Below are positions 1 to 13,740 of a stretch of 64,000 nt of DNA, piece by piece. The translations under genes and the position numbers were made by a program. Every line of letters starts with the position of its first letter. Position 1 is the stretch's first letter. A model generated the notes under the pieces. It did not search any database. It had not been told where the DNA came from and saw only the letters and a list, made by a program, of their open reading frames with translations. This DNA comes from Lama glama (taxonomy: Eukaryota). The stretch lies in NCBI GenBank assembly GCA_028534125.1, contig CM052816.1, positions 1,426,001 through 1,490,000 on the forward strand. The letters run 5' to 3'.

Positions 1-1129
1 GGAGATGAGCTGCAGAGCCAGGACTTCAGACCTCGATTTGTCTGACTTCAATGTCCCTGTTCTTTCTAGTTCTTTAAGCTGCCAGTCAAACAGAACTATG
101 ATGGGCTAACAAGGATGTTGCAGGGAACGGAAGGGGCCAGCCGTCTTCACTGGATGCGGTGGGTGGGATGACAGGTGGCAGGAAAGGCTTTCCTGAGGTT
201 CTGAGAGCCCCTGGCTGATTTCAGTTCCTGGCTTAGCATCTCCTGGATCTCCCACCCCTGCAGCAGTAGGTCGAAGTTCACCCCTTCCCTGTCCCTTCCT
301 AGATGCTGGTTCCAACACCTCTAGATTTAGTGCGGTCTGAAAATAACCCTGCCTCTCCACCCAGACCAGCAGTTCAAGGTCAGGATTAAATTATGACCCT
401 GACTGACCCCAGAGCCCGTTGACTGCCTCTCGAAAAAGCCTCCTTCCCCAACAAAATCTGCTCAACAGCCCACCTTCTTGTTTCTTAAAGCAGTGCTCAA
501 CTCGATTTTCAATTCGTGAGGCTGGCATCTTCCAGAGCCAATTTGAATTTTGCAACTGAAATGTGGTGCATATTCCATGCCCTTGTCTAAATATAGATTG
601 TCCACTGTGTTCCCTGGATTGGCACAGGCCCCCACAGTTGGGTGGGGCAAGCTTGGATGCCCAGAGGAATCCTTCCTTATTAACTCATCCTTGAGTGCTT
701 CAAACTTGATTGTTTTCCTGGAGGGGGTGGGGGGAGTGTTTTATTTTGTTATGGTTTTAAATCGGTACATCAGCCCCAGAGCCTCGAACCACTGACGTGC
801 ACCACGGTGGGCCTGGCAGCTGTGTGAAAGATCAAATCCGTTTACACACTGTGGGTGACTGCTTTTTGTTCTCAGATCCTAGATAAAATACACACATTCC
901 AAGGCCGCTGCCGGCTCTGGATCCCCTGATGGATGGGGTGTTGCATTCCAAGGGGGCAGCGTGCTAGCCCTGAACTCTGGGAAGCTGACACCAAATTCAT
1001 TGGAAGGATTTGAAGCTTTCAAGCCGTCTTATCACCTCTGAGGGGAAGCTGACTTGTCAAGCAGATGTCTGAAACTTCCCCAGGCAGTGAGGAGCTATCA
1101 GCATAGAAAGCAGTTTCTTTAGCTATGCT

Positions 1130-1835
1130 GAAACACACTTAGCAGGAGTGCAAATTGCTACCCAGAGGGTAATTTGATAATATGTGCCTGAGGTCTTTCA
1201 CTTGAGTCTACCTTTTGATCCTAACCATTCAAAGTGGATTTTATCCTGAGGAAGTCCTAAGGGCAGGTGTACAAAAAGATATTAAAGGAAAAATGTGTAT
1301 ATAAGAATATTTGTCACAGCTAAAAATTCAAAACAGTTGTACATCAAGAGGGGATGGATTATCAAATATACAAAAAAGCACTTAACTTCATTCACAAAAA
1401 TTTCACCTGTTAAGTTGCAAAGATCAAAAAGTTCAGTAACTGTTGAGGAATGAGTGATCACTCTGAAATGTCAATTTAAGAAATACAAATTGGTATAATC
1501 TCTATGGAGGAAAATTTGGTAATATCTATAACAATTAGAAAAAATTTACTCAGAATAGCCTACTTCCAACATTTTAATCTTATAATACACAAAATAGTGA
1601 AGAATGTATAAGAATATTCACTACAGTATTGTTTATAATAACAAAAGATTTGAAACAACTTAAATGTCTTTCTACAGTAGTCTGTTTGGAAAAAAGAGAA
1701 ATACTATGTAGCTATTAAAAAGAATGAGGTTGTTCCATTTATATTGAAATGGAAACATCTCTAAGATGAATTATTCAGTGAAAAAAGCAAGGTGCAGAAT
1801 AGTGTTTATATAATGTCATTTCTACTAAAAAGAAG
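1130..1835 (+). mobile_element. Old L1 (L1ME-like) 3' fragments
   Basis: A-rich degenerate L1 3' motifs, e.g. tattgtttataataacaaaagatttgaaacaacttaaatgtc and atactatgtagctattaaaaagaatgag. Confidence 0.6.
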
Positions 1836-1837
1836 AT

Positions 1838-2952
1838 ATAATGGCCATATTACCCAGAGCAATCTACAGATTTAATGCAATCCCTATCAAATTACCTAGG
1901 ACATTTTTCACAGAACTAGAACAAATAATCCTAAAATTAATACAGTATCACAAAAGACACAGAATTGCCAAAGCAATACTTAGGAAAAAGAATGACACTA
2001 CAGGTGTAACCTCCCAGACTTCAGACAATACTGCAAAGCTACAGTAATCAAAACAGCATCATATTGGCACAAAAATACAGACATATGGATCAAGAGAACA
2101 CAATAGAGAGCCCAGAAATAAACTCACACACCTGTGGTCATTAATCTTTGATGAAAGAGGCAAGAATATATAATGGAGAAAAGACAGTCTCTTCAACAAG
2201 TGGTGTTGGGAAGAACTGGACAGCCACGTGTAAATCAATGAAGTTAGAACACTCTCCCACACCACACACAAAAATAAACTCAAAATGGCTTAGTGACTTA
2301 AACATAAGACAGGACACCATAAATCTCCTAGAAGAGAACATAGGCAGCACATCCTCTGACAGAAATCGTAGCAATGTTTTCCCAGGTCTGTTACCTTCCA
2401 AAGGCAATAGAAATAAAAGCAAAATTAAACAAATGGACCTAATCAAACCTATAAGCTTTTGACCAGCAAAAGAAGCCATAAATAAAATGAAAAGACAACC
2501 TAGGGACTGGGAGAAAATATGTGCAAACAACGTGACTGATGAGGGCTTAATTTCCAGAATATACGGACAGCTCATACAACTCAATAAGAAAAAACAAACT
2601 AGTCAAAACATGGGCAGAACACCTAACCAGATATTTCGCTGAAGAAGACATACAGATGGTCAATAGGCACATGAAAAGATGCTCACTATTGCTAACTATC
2701 AGAAGCGCAAATCAAGACTACAAAGAGGTACCACCTCACACTGGCCAGAATGGCCATCATTAAGAAGTCCACAAACGATAAATGCTGGAGAGGATGTAGA
2801 GGAATCTGTTAGTGGGAATGTCGTTTGGTGCAGCCACTATGGAAAACAGTACGGAGATTCCTTAAAAAACTAAAAATAGAGCTTCCATATGATCCAGCAA
2901 TCCCACTTCCGGGCATATATCTGGAGAAAACTCTAATTTGAAAAGATACATG
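1838..2952 (+). mobile_element. L1 ORF2 C-terminal fragment, frameshifted, lacking 3' UTR
   Basis: ORFs [32 protein letters not shown] and [27 protein letters not shown] are L1 ORF2 signatures. Confidence 0.93.
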
Positions 2953-3269
2953 GTAAAAGCACTGTGATCCAATTTGTATACACATACATGTGTAATAATG
3001 TGAAATATGAAATAATACAGAGGTATATTATAAAGCTAGTACTCCTCATGTCATTCTACCCCTGAAGGTAACTAAGTTAACAGCTTTAAAACCAAGATTA
3101 CATATTCCTCTATGACTTACCTCTTTCACTCAAATAACATCAACAACCCTCTTACATGGGAGATTAGCAGACACAGATCTAACCTATTTGTTTGAACAAC
3201 ACTTCACATTTTGATATATTTAAAATTTCTTATTTAGTACAATTGAACGTAATCAGGTTAAACCTAAAT

Positions 3270-3850
3270 ACCAAGTATTCCTTGCCTCAGTGACTCCATT
3301 TCCAGGAATCTGTCCTGAATATGTGGGTACAGACTCATACACAGGAGTACTCATTGCAACATTGTTTGTTGTAGTTAAAAAAAGAAAAACCCCAAATAAC
3401 CTAAAGGTCAATTAACTGGGAAACTGGTAAATAAAATAGGATACTCCATTAATGGACTGCTAAACAGCCACGAAAAGGAAAGGAGTAACTCTATACATTC
3501 TGACAGAGAACTATGTCCAAGATTTGCTGTTGAGGGTAAAATGTAACCTCCACCGTGGTGTTTATAAAATGATACTATTTGTAAAACTAAACAAGCAGGA
3601 AACACATACATACACACTCAAATATATACACACACACAAATATATATATGGATGCTTACAAATAAATAGAATATTTCTGGAACCTACACAAGCTGGTTTA
3701 CTATGCTTCTGGGGAAAAAGACAAAGTGCTGGATAGAGGTGGACCTGGGGTCTGATGTGGGCAGAAGAATATTTCCTTTTTTTTTCCTTCCTTCTGATTT
3801 AAATAAGAGTCTATGCATTATTTTTAAATAAACTAGATTTAAAAATTTGC
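3270..3850 (+). mobile_element. Old L1 (L1ME-like) 3' end fragment
   Basis: Degenerate L1 3' motifs (cattgcaacattgtttgttgtag...aaataacctaaaggtc...actggtaaataaaatagg). Confidence 0.55.
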
Positions 3851-3991
3851 TACAAGTAATTATGCAAAACTGTTACAAAGCCTGATGGCACAGTCCAAAT
3901 TCTCTGTGGTCCTAAGAGAATACAGTTTGAAAGAAAAAACTATAGAAAACTTCATGTCTTAAAGGACATCTATCTCTATAATGTCCTAAGT

Positions 3992-4459
3992 CAGGGTTCT
4001 CATTCTGAGGTTAGAGGGTCCCTGAACTTAGACGGGAAAAAATTACCCTTTCTTTTTTTCTTTAAATTAAACTGTGGCTGAAAGTTAGCATTTTTTTTCA
4101 GCAGGAATGAAGGCAACAAGCCATGAAGAATTAGCAGGCTCTGTCACCCACAGAAATCAGATTTATGATATTACACTACATTCGTTGCAGATATTTTGAA
4201 ATATTTCCACTTGTCACTACTTAAAATTATAGTAGTTATTTATTTGGCTTGATGCTAGATTTTGTTTATTTAATATGTCAATAAAGAAGAACATTGTTTT
4301 CCTCTACAATAAATTTGTTTTTCAACATTGTAATAACTATTTCAGTATAATTGATTTTCTTTGAAGTCCCATGTCTCTTATTTTATGTATGTTTTGTGAG
4401 AAGGCGCTTCACCAGATTGCCAAAGGGGCTCAGGCAACAAAAAAGTCCAAGAACCCTTG
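3992..4459. mobile_element. hAT-Charlie-type non-autonomous DNA transposon
   Basis: Terminal inverted ends CAGGGTTCT...AGAACCCTTG; degenerate 8-bp flanks tcctaagt / ttttaagg. Confidence 0.7.
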
Positions 4460-6519
4460 TTTTAAGGTAAATTCTGAAGGGTTGGGGACAGAGAGTCACA
4501 AATGACACTGTGAGGGTGGATCTGGAAGCAGGGAGGGGGCCCCTACCACCTTCTCTTGATGCCAGGGAGCAACTGATGGCCTGAATATATAAATCAAAGA
4601 TGTAATTTTTTTTTTTTTTGGTTCCAGTTCGTGGCACCCCGAACACCCCCACCAGCTGCCTCCCTGGATCTCTGCCTGGCCCTGTGCAGGTGGTGTGAGC
4701 CCTGGGGCCCATGCCTGCGAATGAAAGTGATCCTGGCTTGCCCTTGGTCCTATTTTAACCTCCTTCTGGGGCATGGCCAGGGGGCTGAGCTCAGCCTCTA
4801 AGCGATGCACATTAGCTTGGCAGGAAACTATCTTCAAGAAGAATTTTAAAAAGTGTGCAGAGCCAAACCCCAAACGCATCCCAGCTCCAGGGGAGCAAGA
4901 CGCTGTGGGCAGAAACCCCTGGAAAAAGTTCATTGGAGCTCTGTGAGGAATGGTCCATGTGTTTGGACGTTCTGTTTCTGAACATTTCGGCCTGAGCTGT
5001 TGACTGGTGTGACTTTGATGGAGCACTTTGTGTGCTCACACCAGAGAGGGACACTTGAGTGTTCAAAGGGGGCTCACGTGTGCCACCCCTGGCTGTGGTC
5101 ACAGGTGTGCTGCTGACAGAGTCCTGCCAGTGGGGACGGTGCCCTGGGCTGGCCTATGCTCTGTCATGCCAGGAGCAGGGTGATGGGTGGGTGAAGATGT
5201 CCCTGCCCTAGAGTCATTCCCCCCGGACAAGTCCCTGAGACACAGCTCACTTTTCTTCTCCTTTCCCAAATCTTATTTCTGCCCATCCTTCTTTCCGGCT
5301 TCTCTTCATTCTGGAGATTCATTCAGATCACGCTGACTGTCTTGTGCTGAAATGGACGCCCTCCTTCATTTACTCACTCACTAATTTTTTAGGGTCAGCT
5401 AGCCATGGATTCAGATCCCAGCTCAGTCACTCACTTGTGCAACTCGGGTGAAATAACTGAATGAAGACACGAACATTTCCAACCAACTTTTACATTAACT
5501 CCTGTAAACATGAAAAACACAAAAAACGCACATGCAAAGTTGTCTTTCCTCTTAAATTATGTTCACTTCATTCATTATTAATCTTTCTTTGGACTGTTGA
5601 GGCCGTGGGAGCCAGACTCCCTCCCTCTCCCCTTCTCAGGCTCCTCAGTGAAACCAAGGCACTGCTGGATGTTCCACTGTAAACACTCTTATTCTGGGAG
5701 TTAAAACATCAAGGCACTGCTATCATTCAAACTGAGACACTTTGGAGAAGAAGAGGTGACAGACGTAAGTGGATCTGGGCTCAGGCAGACTGGGATGTCT
5801 GGTCACTACCTCACCCACAGACACTCGGCCAGTCTTTGGAGCATCAGCAGAGCTGGGTACCTCCACTTTTTTGGGAAATGCTTTGGTATTAAAGAAATCA
5901 AAGTAGACTTCATGGGAAAAATCAGAATGCTGGCCTTCCTTCCATTTATTTTAGGGCTGTGCGTGCCAGGGTGAATTTAGAATTACATTCGGCGGTGGGA
6001 GCAGCATTCATGTCTCAACACCTCGGGTCTCTCTAAAGTTCTGATCTGTCCCTGCTGTCAAGTTACAGGAATCGTTTCCTCCTCTTGTACTTCCGTGGGG
6101 ACCAACTTTGACCATATCCTTCCCAGAGGTGAGAGGGAGGTGACAAGAGCTGGGAAGGTGAGCGGGAAGTGGGGACCGACTGGCCATGGACAGGTCTCCC
6201 CCAGGGGCGGGTGGAATGGCAACCTTTTATAAAGAATGAAAACGCCATCCAATTTTCAAGCTAGTACTTTGTGTCTTCACTCATCTAATCTTTGTTCACT
6301 GGCCTCAGGACCAGGTCCCTAACGGCATTTTGGTTTTCACAGAAGCTGTCATGATGGTCTCCTTTCAACGTGCTTGCGGTGGTTTCGAGGAATGGGACAA
6401 GTCACTTCACCTTTTAGCCCGTTTCCTCAGTTATGAAACACCAATACCTATCTGATGGGCTACTGGCAGGTGCAAATGGTGGATGAAGTCTGGAACGTAC
6501 TGTACAAATCATAGCTGCA

Positions 6520-6870
6520 GCTGCCATTTTTATTGGGGGTCTCGTAGGTACACATGTCTGGGCAGGGAGGACAAGAAGATGAGTCAAACCCGGGCCCTTT
6601 CCTCCAGAGATCTGCAGCCTGGGAACACTGCTGAAGACGTGTGTATCAACCCCGTGAACAAACGTGACCCGCGCCATACACAAGGTGTAAAGGCAGTGAT
6701 CACTGCCAGGGAAAGGGGTGGGGACCAGGAAAGACTTCCACCGGGAGTCTACAGGTGGCCTTGGACTTGGACATTCAGAGGGCACGGGAAGAGCATTCCT
6801 GCCAGAGGGAACAATATGAGCAAACACCACGGGAAGGAAAAACACAAGGAGCATCTGGGGAAATGACAAA
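6520..6870 (-). mobile_element. L2 fragment
   Basis: L2 antisense motifs (ggaagagcattcctgccagaggggaacaatatgagcaaa). Confidence 0.65.
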
Positions 6871-7009
6871 TGATTTGAGATAGAGGAAGCTTTAGCACCC
6901 GTGTGAGGCAAAGAGGAAAGACGAGGCCACTGCTTACAAGGCATTCACACGTAAGTCCATCAGTCACGAGGCTGCTGGAGAGCCAGCCCTGCAGTGTTTG
7001 GGATGGACC

Positions 7010-7760
7010 ACGGGCACTTACGTAGCCTCAGGGCTCCTTTGTTCCTGGGACCCTCCAAGGCCCTGGAGGGAGGGACCCCAGCATGTTTCCTGGTGGTATG
7101 ATTTTGTAAAGTTTTCACAGGTGAGACCTATTACCTGCCACTGGTTAGGATGACTATTTCCACTCCAACTTCCCTGTGTTGTATTTCCCTTCATGGGGGT
7201 GTTTGCAGAGGGGTCACGGGCACTTTTGGGAATTAGCCAAGAGATGAGTTAAGATACATTTCATCCGGGTTCTGGTGAACATACACATAAAGTGTGCAGT
7301 TTTCCTGTGTAGCTAGATTATTACAAGCAAGAGTTACCGCAAAGTGGAAAAACAGCTTCTAGAAATACTCTCTCTTGTCCACAAGACCAGCCTTGTGACA
7401 TCGAAAGGTAGCGCCAGAGGCTGATCCAAGATAGGTGAGCCCTAGTGCCGAGACCACACGTATGTGGTGTGGAGGTGAACTGAGTTCTGAAATGTATGCA
7501 GCCAGAAGTTAAGCTGGGCAAAAGACTTCTAAATTTTACGTGTTTAACCCCACAGCCCAAATTTGATAAAAACCTTAAAAAGGTATATGGCATTACCAAG
7601 AATAAGTTGTGAAGCTGAAAACAGTCTAAAGTAGCCATAATAAAAGAGAAATTTTGACTTAGCTTGCTAGGGGAAAGACTCAGTTATTTTTAAATTCTTT
7701 ACGTCCTCACTGGGATCCGGTGCCTCTTGGTTACTGAGTTATAAGCAGCCACCTGCCCTT
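7010..7760 (+). mobile_element. hAT-Tip100-type (Zaphod-like) DNA transposon relic with transposase dimerisation-domain remnant
   Basis: 7557-7700 translates PNLIKTLKRYMALPRISCEAE, then after a frameshift SKVAIIKEKF*LSLLGERLSYF*IL, matching the hAT C-terminal dimerisation pattern (P..S...ER.FS....K...RS.M...RL..L). Confidence 0.7.
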
Positions 7761-7879
7761 CCTTTGCGCCTTCTCAGAGAAGACTCTGATTTCCCCGGGG
7801 CCTTTCTGGGCTTCCATAAGTCAGGACTCACAGCCCCACACCTAGGGCACCCCGGGTAATGAACTCTTTAGCCTTATCT

Positions 7880-8100
7880 CATTGTCTAGATGTGAATCCA
7901 GATTCCTTCACTCATCAGCTGGGTGGACTGAGGCAAATCCCTCAGTCTGTCTGAACTTCAGTTTCCTCATCTGTAAAATGGGGACAATAGCATCCACTTT
8001 GGGAGCCTCAGGAGAGGGGGAAAATGAGAGAAGGCAAAGAAAGCACCCCTAGCCCGGTGTAAGCGTGGCACACGGCGAGACCTAACACCTGGCAGCTGTG
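7880..8100 (+). mobile_element. MIR SINE
   Basis: MIR core cttcagtttcctcatctgtaaaatggggacaatag. Confidence 0.8.
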
Positions 8101-8607
8101 AGTATTACTGTCAGACGTGGTTAGGGAGCACGGAGACTGCGGAATCCGTCTGCAGAAATGGGAGAAGGCAATTTTCCAGTGGGGTCTGGCGGCCATCCGT
8201 TATTTTTACGAGCCACACACATACTCAGGTAAAGGCATCTCCTGCATTGCAGATCTTAATGGGCCTATCTGTGATGACAAGGAGCTACACACAAACTCAC
8301 CGGCCATTTCTGTGGTCTGTTTTGCCCCAGGAGGACAAAGTGCATCCACAAACGGCCCCCTGTTCTGTCACACCTGACAAGCATGACCCTTCACACATCA
8401 CGCTTTCCCCTCCCTGCCCCTCTGCCCCGGGCCTTGGAATCTCATGGCAGAGCTGAGGAAAATTCATTTATCTATCACCTCTCCTCCTCCCCCTGCCTTC
8501 CTGCTTTCTCCCACAAATATTTATCGTGTCTAACCATCATGGTGTCATGATTCCAAGACTTTAAGACTCATAGTAAAGTCTCAAAAAATTTTTGGTGGGG
8601 ACGGACA

Positions 8608-8920
8608 TAGGGTTACCAACTTTTTACTTTGCCAAGTAGAACATTGTGTGCGCACACACACACAAGCGCGCGCACACACACACGCAATGACTATCACCAC
8701 CACTTATTACCATCATTCCATTAAAGAAATGTTATTTCAGTTTCCCAAAATAGTCAGGACATAGTCTTTAGGATAAAAGAACAGTCAGTTATATTGAATA
8801 TATTTGGAGAAACACAGAATTTTCCTAACGTTTTGCTCATTTTGTCATGAGCCAGTAAAAATTTTATTACCCATAGGAACCAGACCTCAGACAAATGTCT
8901 GGAGGCACTGTGGTAACAAC
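8608..8920. mobile_element. hAT-Blackjack-like MITE containing a (CA)/(CG) dinucleotide tract
   Basis: Ends TAGGGTTACCA...TGGTAAC; purine-pyrimidine alternating tract at about 8646-8685. Confidence 0.5.
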
Positions 8921-9339
8921 AAGAATAATAGAATAAATGCTTATCGAGTGTCAAATGTGGAGTCTTACAGACTTTACCGTCTACCAGCTGTGTGACCTTG
9001 GGCAACTTACTGAACCTCTCTGAACTCTAGACACAAGGTGAGGGGAGGATGCTTGCTCTGCAGAGGGGTGGGTAGGGAGTACGAGCGGTACAGAACATTC
9101 AGTGTTGAGCAGTACCTGCTACACTGAAGAGCTGCTTCCACAGTGCTCATTCTCCTCTCCTTTTCCAGGGAGGCTCTAGGTGGAAGAATTTGCTTTCCCT
9201 CCTAACAACCTTCTGCCTTCCTCCATGTGGACTGACCCGAGACACTGGGTGGGACTGGGGAGGCACTGGGGGAGGCTTAACCAACCTTTCTTGGTTCTCC
9301 TCGGGGTATTTGTTCCAGGGGTTCCCAGGCATGGGGAGA

Positions 9340-9510
9340 ACTGGTGCTGTGCTGGTGGCATAACCAGGGGGAACTTGTTAAAAACTGAGATTCATGGCCC
9401 CATCACGAGAGACTTTGATACAGTAAATGTGCACAGGAGCCCAAGAATCCATGCTTTTGAAAACTGTGCCCTGCCAGATGTTTCTAATGAGCACCTGGGT
9501 TTGCAGATGG
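9340..9510. mobile_element. MER5-type hAT-Charlie MITE
   Basis: ggggaacttgttaaaaactgagattcatggcccc...gagcccaagaatccatgctttt resembles MER5A/B. Confidence 0.6.
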
Positions 9511-9689
9511 TCGTGGCTCCTGGCTTCTGGGTTGGGACATTTTGACTACTCAGCTCACAAGAGTGCCTGTCATTCCAAGCGTGGTGTCCTGTGAGCCCTG
9601 ATGAATGCGGTCTAAGGAATCTCCTGGTTGTGTCTCACTGACATCTCAGCAAATGATACTTCCATCACCCAGTACCTCAGGGGTATTCC

Positions 9690-10445
9690 AGATACACCTC
9701 TTTCTCCCACTAGCCCCCCTCTATCATAACCGACACATCCCCAGGGCCTTGGATCTGCCTGCTTCTCCCCACCTCCACGGCTACTAGTCTGATCTAAATT
9801 ACTGCCAGTTCTCACTGGCACTGTGTCCTCTTAACTGCCCCAGTTTTGGTCTGTGCTCCATACAGTGGCCTGAGTTGTCTTTTAAATATGTAATTCAGAT
9901 TGTATCCCTTGTCTGCTTCAAACCCTTCAGTAGTGGCCAGTGCAATTTAAGATAAAATCTAAACTCCTTAATGTGGCCTAAAAGTCCCTGCATGGCCTGG
10001 CCTCTGCCCACACCTCCAGCCTCGACTTGCACCTGCCTCCCCGCTGTTCCCCATCCGCTGCCGCCTCAGGACATTCAGGTGTACTGCTCCTTCCGCCTGG
10101 AGCCCTCCTTTTCTACCTGCCCCCTCCACTGAAGTAACTCCTCCAAACTGCTCAGGGTTCTGCCTAAACACCGCGCAGGGACCCCGTGATATACTGATCC
10201 CTGGCGTATGCTTCTAAATTGCAGCTCACCCCTTTTCTTCAAGCCACTCATCACAACTGGCATTCACGTTTATTCGCGGGCGTGTTTTTCAAATTACCTG
10301 TGCTCCCCACTGGAGCAAAATTCTATGAGAACGTGGAACACAGCTGCTTTGCTCACCACTGTATCTCCAGCACCATGCCTGGCCCTAGCAGGCTTCCAAT
10401 AAACACATACTCATTCAGTGAATGAATGATTGCATGAATGAATGG
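9690..10445 (+). mobile_element. L2 3' end
   Basis: L2 motifs (aaacccttcagtagtgg...taaaatctaaactcct; gctcaccactgtatctccagcacc) ending in a (GAAT)n tail. Confidence 0.8.
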
Positions 10446-10759
10446 ATGATTAAAATAGCAGAGCCAGGTCCCTAGATGAAGGGCAAGGTCTCACCCTTTC
10501 TTTCCAGTTGGGATGACTAAATGTGCAACCTCGAGAGACCCATATTGTACATAGTGCAGGAGGAGCTGGAATTTGAACGACCTTCCCTGACATTTTACGA
10601 GTGACTCTTCAGGGGTGGGGAATGGAAGAAAGACAGAGTTTTGTAACAGAAGTAGAATAATCAGCTTTTCACAAGGTGTTTCTGGGGTTCCTAGAGAACA
10701 TTTGCTTTGAGAGCTGGTTGGGACCAGAAAGCAAAAAGGTCAGACATCTCCTTTGTGCA

Positions 10760-10995
10760 GTGGATTGGGTAAGTGCCTGTTTTGATAGATCTGGATTCAA
10801 TTTTTGTCTCTATTATTTACTTGCTGTGTGACCTTGGGCAAGAAGTCGAACCTCTCTGAGCTTCGGGATATTCATCTGTCAAGAGGGTGCAATTACTCTC
10901 TGCTGTCACGGTAGCTGTGAGGATTAGTGAGATAATGTCTGCAGAGAGCCTAGTGGAATGTCTGCCACATAGTATGTGCTCGGTGATAATACAAT
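10760..10995 (+). mobile_element. MIR SINE
   Basis: gctgtgtgaccttgggcaag...aacctctctgagcttc...gtgaggattagtgagataat. Confidence 0.8.
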
Positions 10996-12927
10996 CTTAC
11001 TAGGCTGCAAGCCTCCTGCAGGCAGGGGCCACGTTTGCTTTGGCTCAACAATGGTTAGTACGAAACCTAGCACATAGTAGGTGCTTTAGGAAGTCTTCAT
11101 TAATGATTTCATAAAGGCCAAATGTATCTTCCTTCAGTAGGATTTTCCTCTTCCGGGAACGATTCCCTATGTGTAAAATTTCTTCTACGTGTAAAGTTGA
11201 GTAAACCAATTGCTTTCCTTGTGAGCAACTCAAATCCCTGTGTTTTGAAACCTCAGAACCAGAGGATTAGTGCGTGGGTGTTCATGGGGGCAGCTCTGTC
11301 CTGAGTCATCTCTGAGACCCTCGCCCTCCCTTGCGCTCTTGTGTGGAAATTCATCACCCTGCATTTGAGTGACAGGACCGGAGAAACTCATCAGCAGAGA
11401 GAGGGATTCCTATTTGGTACCAGTACTATAGAGAGCACAACTGTGTCTTTGAAATTAACCTTCATTTATTTGGAGGGGAAAGCAGTTAGTTCAATAATGG
11501 CTTCCTGGTGCCTTTCAGCATTTTAAAAGGCGGAAGAAAGATCTGGAGCGAGGCAAGGTTCCAGTGTTTTCTAAACAACGCACTAAGCCCAGCTACCAGT
11601 TGGCTGCCCAACACTTCCCTCTACCCACACCCCTACCCCCATCTGTCCTTCTGATGCAACACACATCCCTCAACAGCCCAGCCACTTCTCAAGACCCTGA
11701 CCAGGCCTTCCCCAGGCGGGTGGGAGTTGGCCTTCTGTATAATGCCAGGCAGCTGAAGATTCCTTGGACATCTTGCACATGGCCCGTTGGGTGGAAATGC
11801 TGCTATATCATATTCCAGTTATTTCCTGTCCCTCCGCGGCCTGATTCCACGAGCTGAATAAAGAGGTCCTTGTTTGGTGGATCCATCCCTGCTCCTGAGT
11901 AAGTGAGAGCTGGTCCCTGGCCCAACGTGGGCTGAGGCCACGGGGAAAGGGTGAGGAAGAGATAGGCAGGGTGCTTCAGGTGGGGAGGCCCTGCAGGAGA
12001 TGAGAGGCCTGGCTCTGTAGGCAGCCCAGTGTCGCTCCCAAAAATAAAAATAAGGGAGGAAGGAAAACAAATGGGGCCCCTGACCAGGAGCCTGTAGGGG
12101 GCAAGGCTATTTTCCCTCCTGATCCCAACCCTTCTCTCCCATGGAGAACACAAACACAGGGATAGAATCGCATGCCATCCAGGCACCTGCCCGTCTATCA
12201 CCAACCAGAAGTTACTCCTACTTGGGCTTCTCTGTTTGCCAACCGCTGTCTTCCCCCAGATCTGCTTTCTCCCCTTCTGAGTGAAAAGCCTTTCATGGAA
12301 AATTTAGAATTTGGAAACGGCTTCAGATTCCAAAGGCGTTACTGTTCTACATCCCGCCACTTACACTTGGGTGTTATTTGAACTCGGAGGAAGTACAAGC
12401 CTGCATCTCCATTTTGCTTGGATGCTCTAAGAATGTGTTACTTAAGCAACTTTTCTGTTTCAAACTCTTGAGTAACTTTCAAAGTCCATCCCAAACTCAC
12501 GGCCTGGAGTCCGTATTCCTTGGCTGCCAAGGGTGGGGCTTCCAGGGGAGAAGCATGTGCACCGAGTCGGCTCAGGGACGGTACACTGGAGATCTCCGGG
12601 AGATAACGGCATGGTTGGTCACAAAGTTTTTACGGCAGGGAGAAGAGAAACAAGCTCTGATAGCATCAGAGTGGCAAGAACGGCTTACTTTCTATGGCGT
12701 GGAAGCCAAGCACATGAGATGTTAGGAAGATAAGGTCTCAGAAAGGCAGGGAAGTGGAAAGAGTGTAAGTGAGAAGAAGCCGAGGGTGGGCTTGAAGAGC
12801 GAGACCCAGAGAGAAGCCACATCATCCTGTACCACCATGTGGCCAGGGAAGGACTAACCTGGGCAGCGTTTAAAGACCCTGGTGTCCAGAAGGCTGGAGC
12901 CTGAAGCGAGCTGAGAGATCCTCTGGC

Positions 12928-13112
12928 CAGTGCTTCCCAAAGCCTGGTGTGGATCACCCCTTCAGAACTGCCTGGCGGGTTGGTTAGACACGCGATTCCT
13001 GGGATTCCTCTGATTTGCTAAGTTGGATTCTCTGTACCTTAGGTCTTAGAAGCTGAATTTTTATCAAGTTCCACAAGTGATTCTGATCCCTATCAAAGTT
13101 TGAGAGCCCTTG
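12928..13112. mobile_element. MER5-type hAT MITE inserted in a MIR
   Basis: Ends CAGTGCTTCCCAAA...TTTGAGAGCCCTTG, followed by atctagtc and MIR sequence caaccctctcatt. Confidence 0.7.
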
Positions 13113-13544
13113 ATCTAGTCCAACCCTCTCATTCTTTGGAAGTGACATCTGAAGCCCCGAAAGGCACAGCAACACACCTGGGGTCACAGGGCTAATTGCC
13201 GGCAAAGCTCACATGGAAACTCTACTGCTCCTGACCCTCAGGGCAGTGCTCTTTGCATTTCGACATGCTGGCAGCCTGCTCACCTGTTTGGAGCGGTCTC
13301 CCTTGCTTCCTAAAGTGAAAGTCTGCACCTCTGATGCATTCCTGCGTCCTGCGGGGGCCTTGTCCTTCCTGAGGATGCTCTGGTCACAGCCTCTGCAGGC
13401 TGAGGATCAGGGCAAGAAGTAAGAAAGGAGAAAGAGCTAGTTCCCTCTGAGCCTTTAGTAACAGGCATGGGATTGGCAAGAGAACAGAGTAGGAGAAAAC
13501 ACAGTTAAAGCTGTGAGGTGATTGTGGTTTGATTTGTAGCACCA

Positions 13545-13740
13545 AGAGCTAACTTTCATTGAGCATTTGCTGTGTACCAGATACTGTGTTAAGTCCTCTT
13601 ATGCACTAGCGTAAACCCCATGGAGCAAAGAGTAATTAGCCTTATAATGCAGATGAAGAAACTGAGGCTCACAGAGAAGCCATCATTTGCCCAAGGTCAC
13701 ATGGCTAATTAGTGGCCAAATGACCTCCATGTTCAACCAT
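13545..13740 (-). mobile_element. MIR SINE
   Basis: gcagatgaagaaactgaggctcacagag...ttgcccaaggtcacatggct. Confidence 0.8.
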
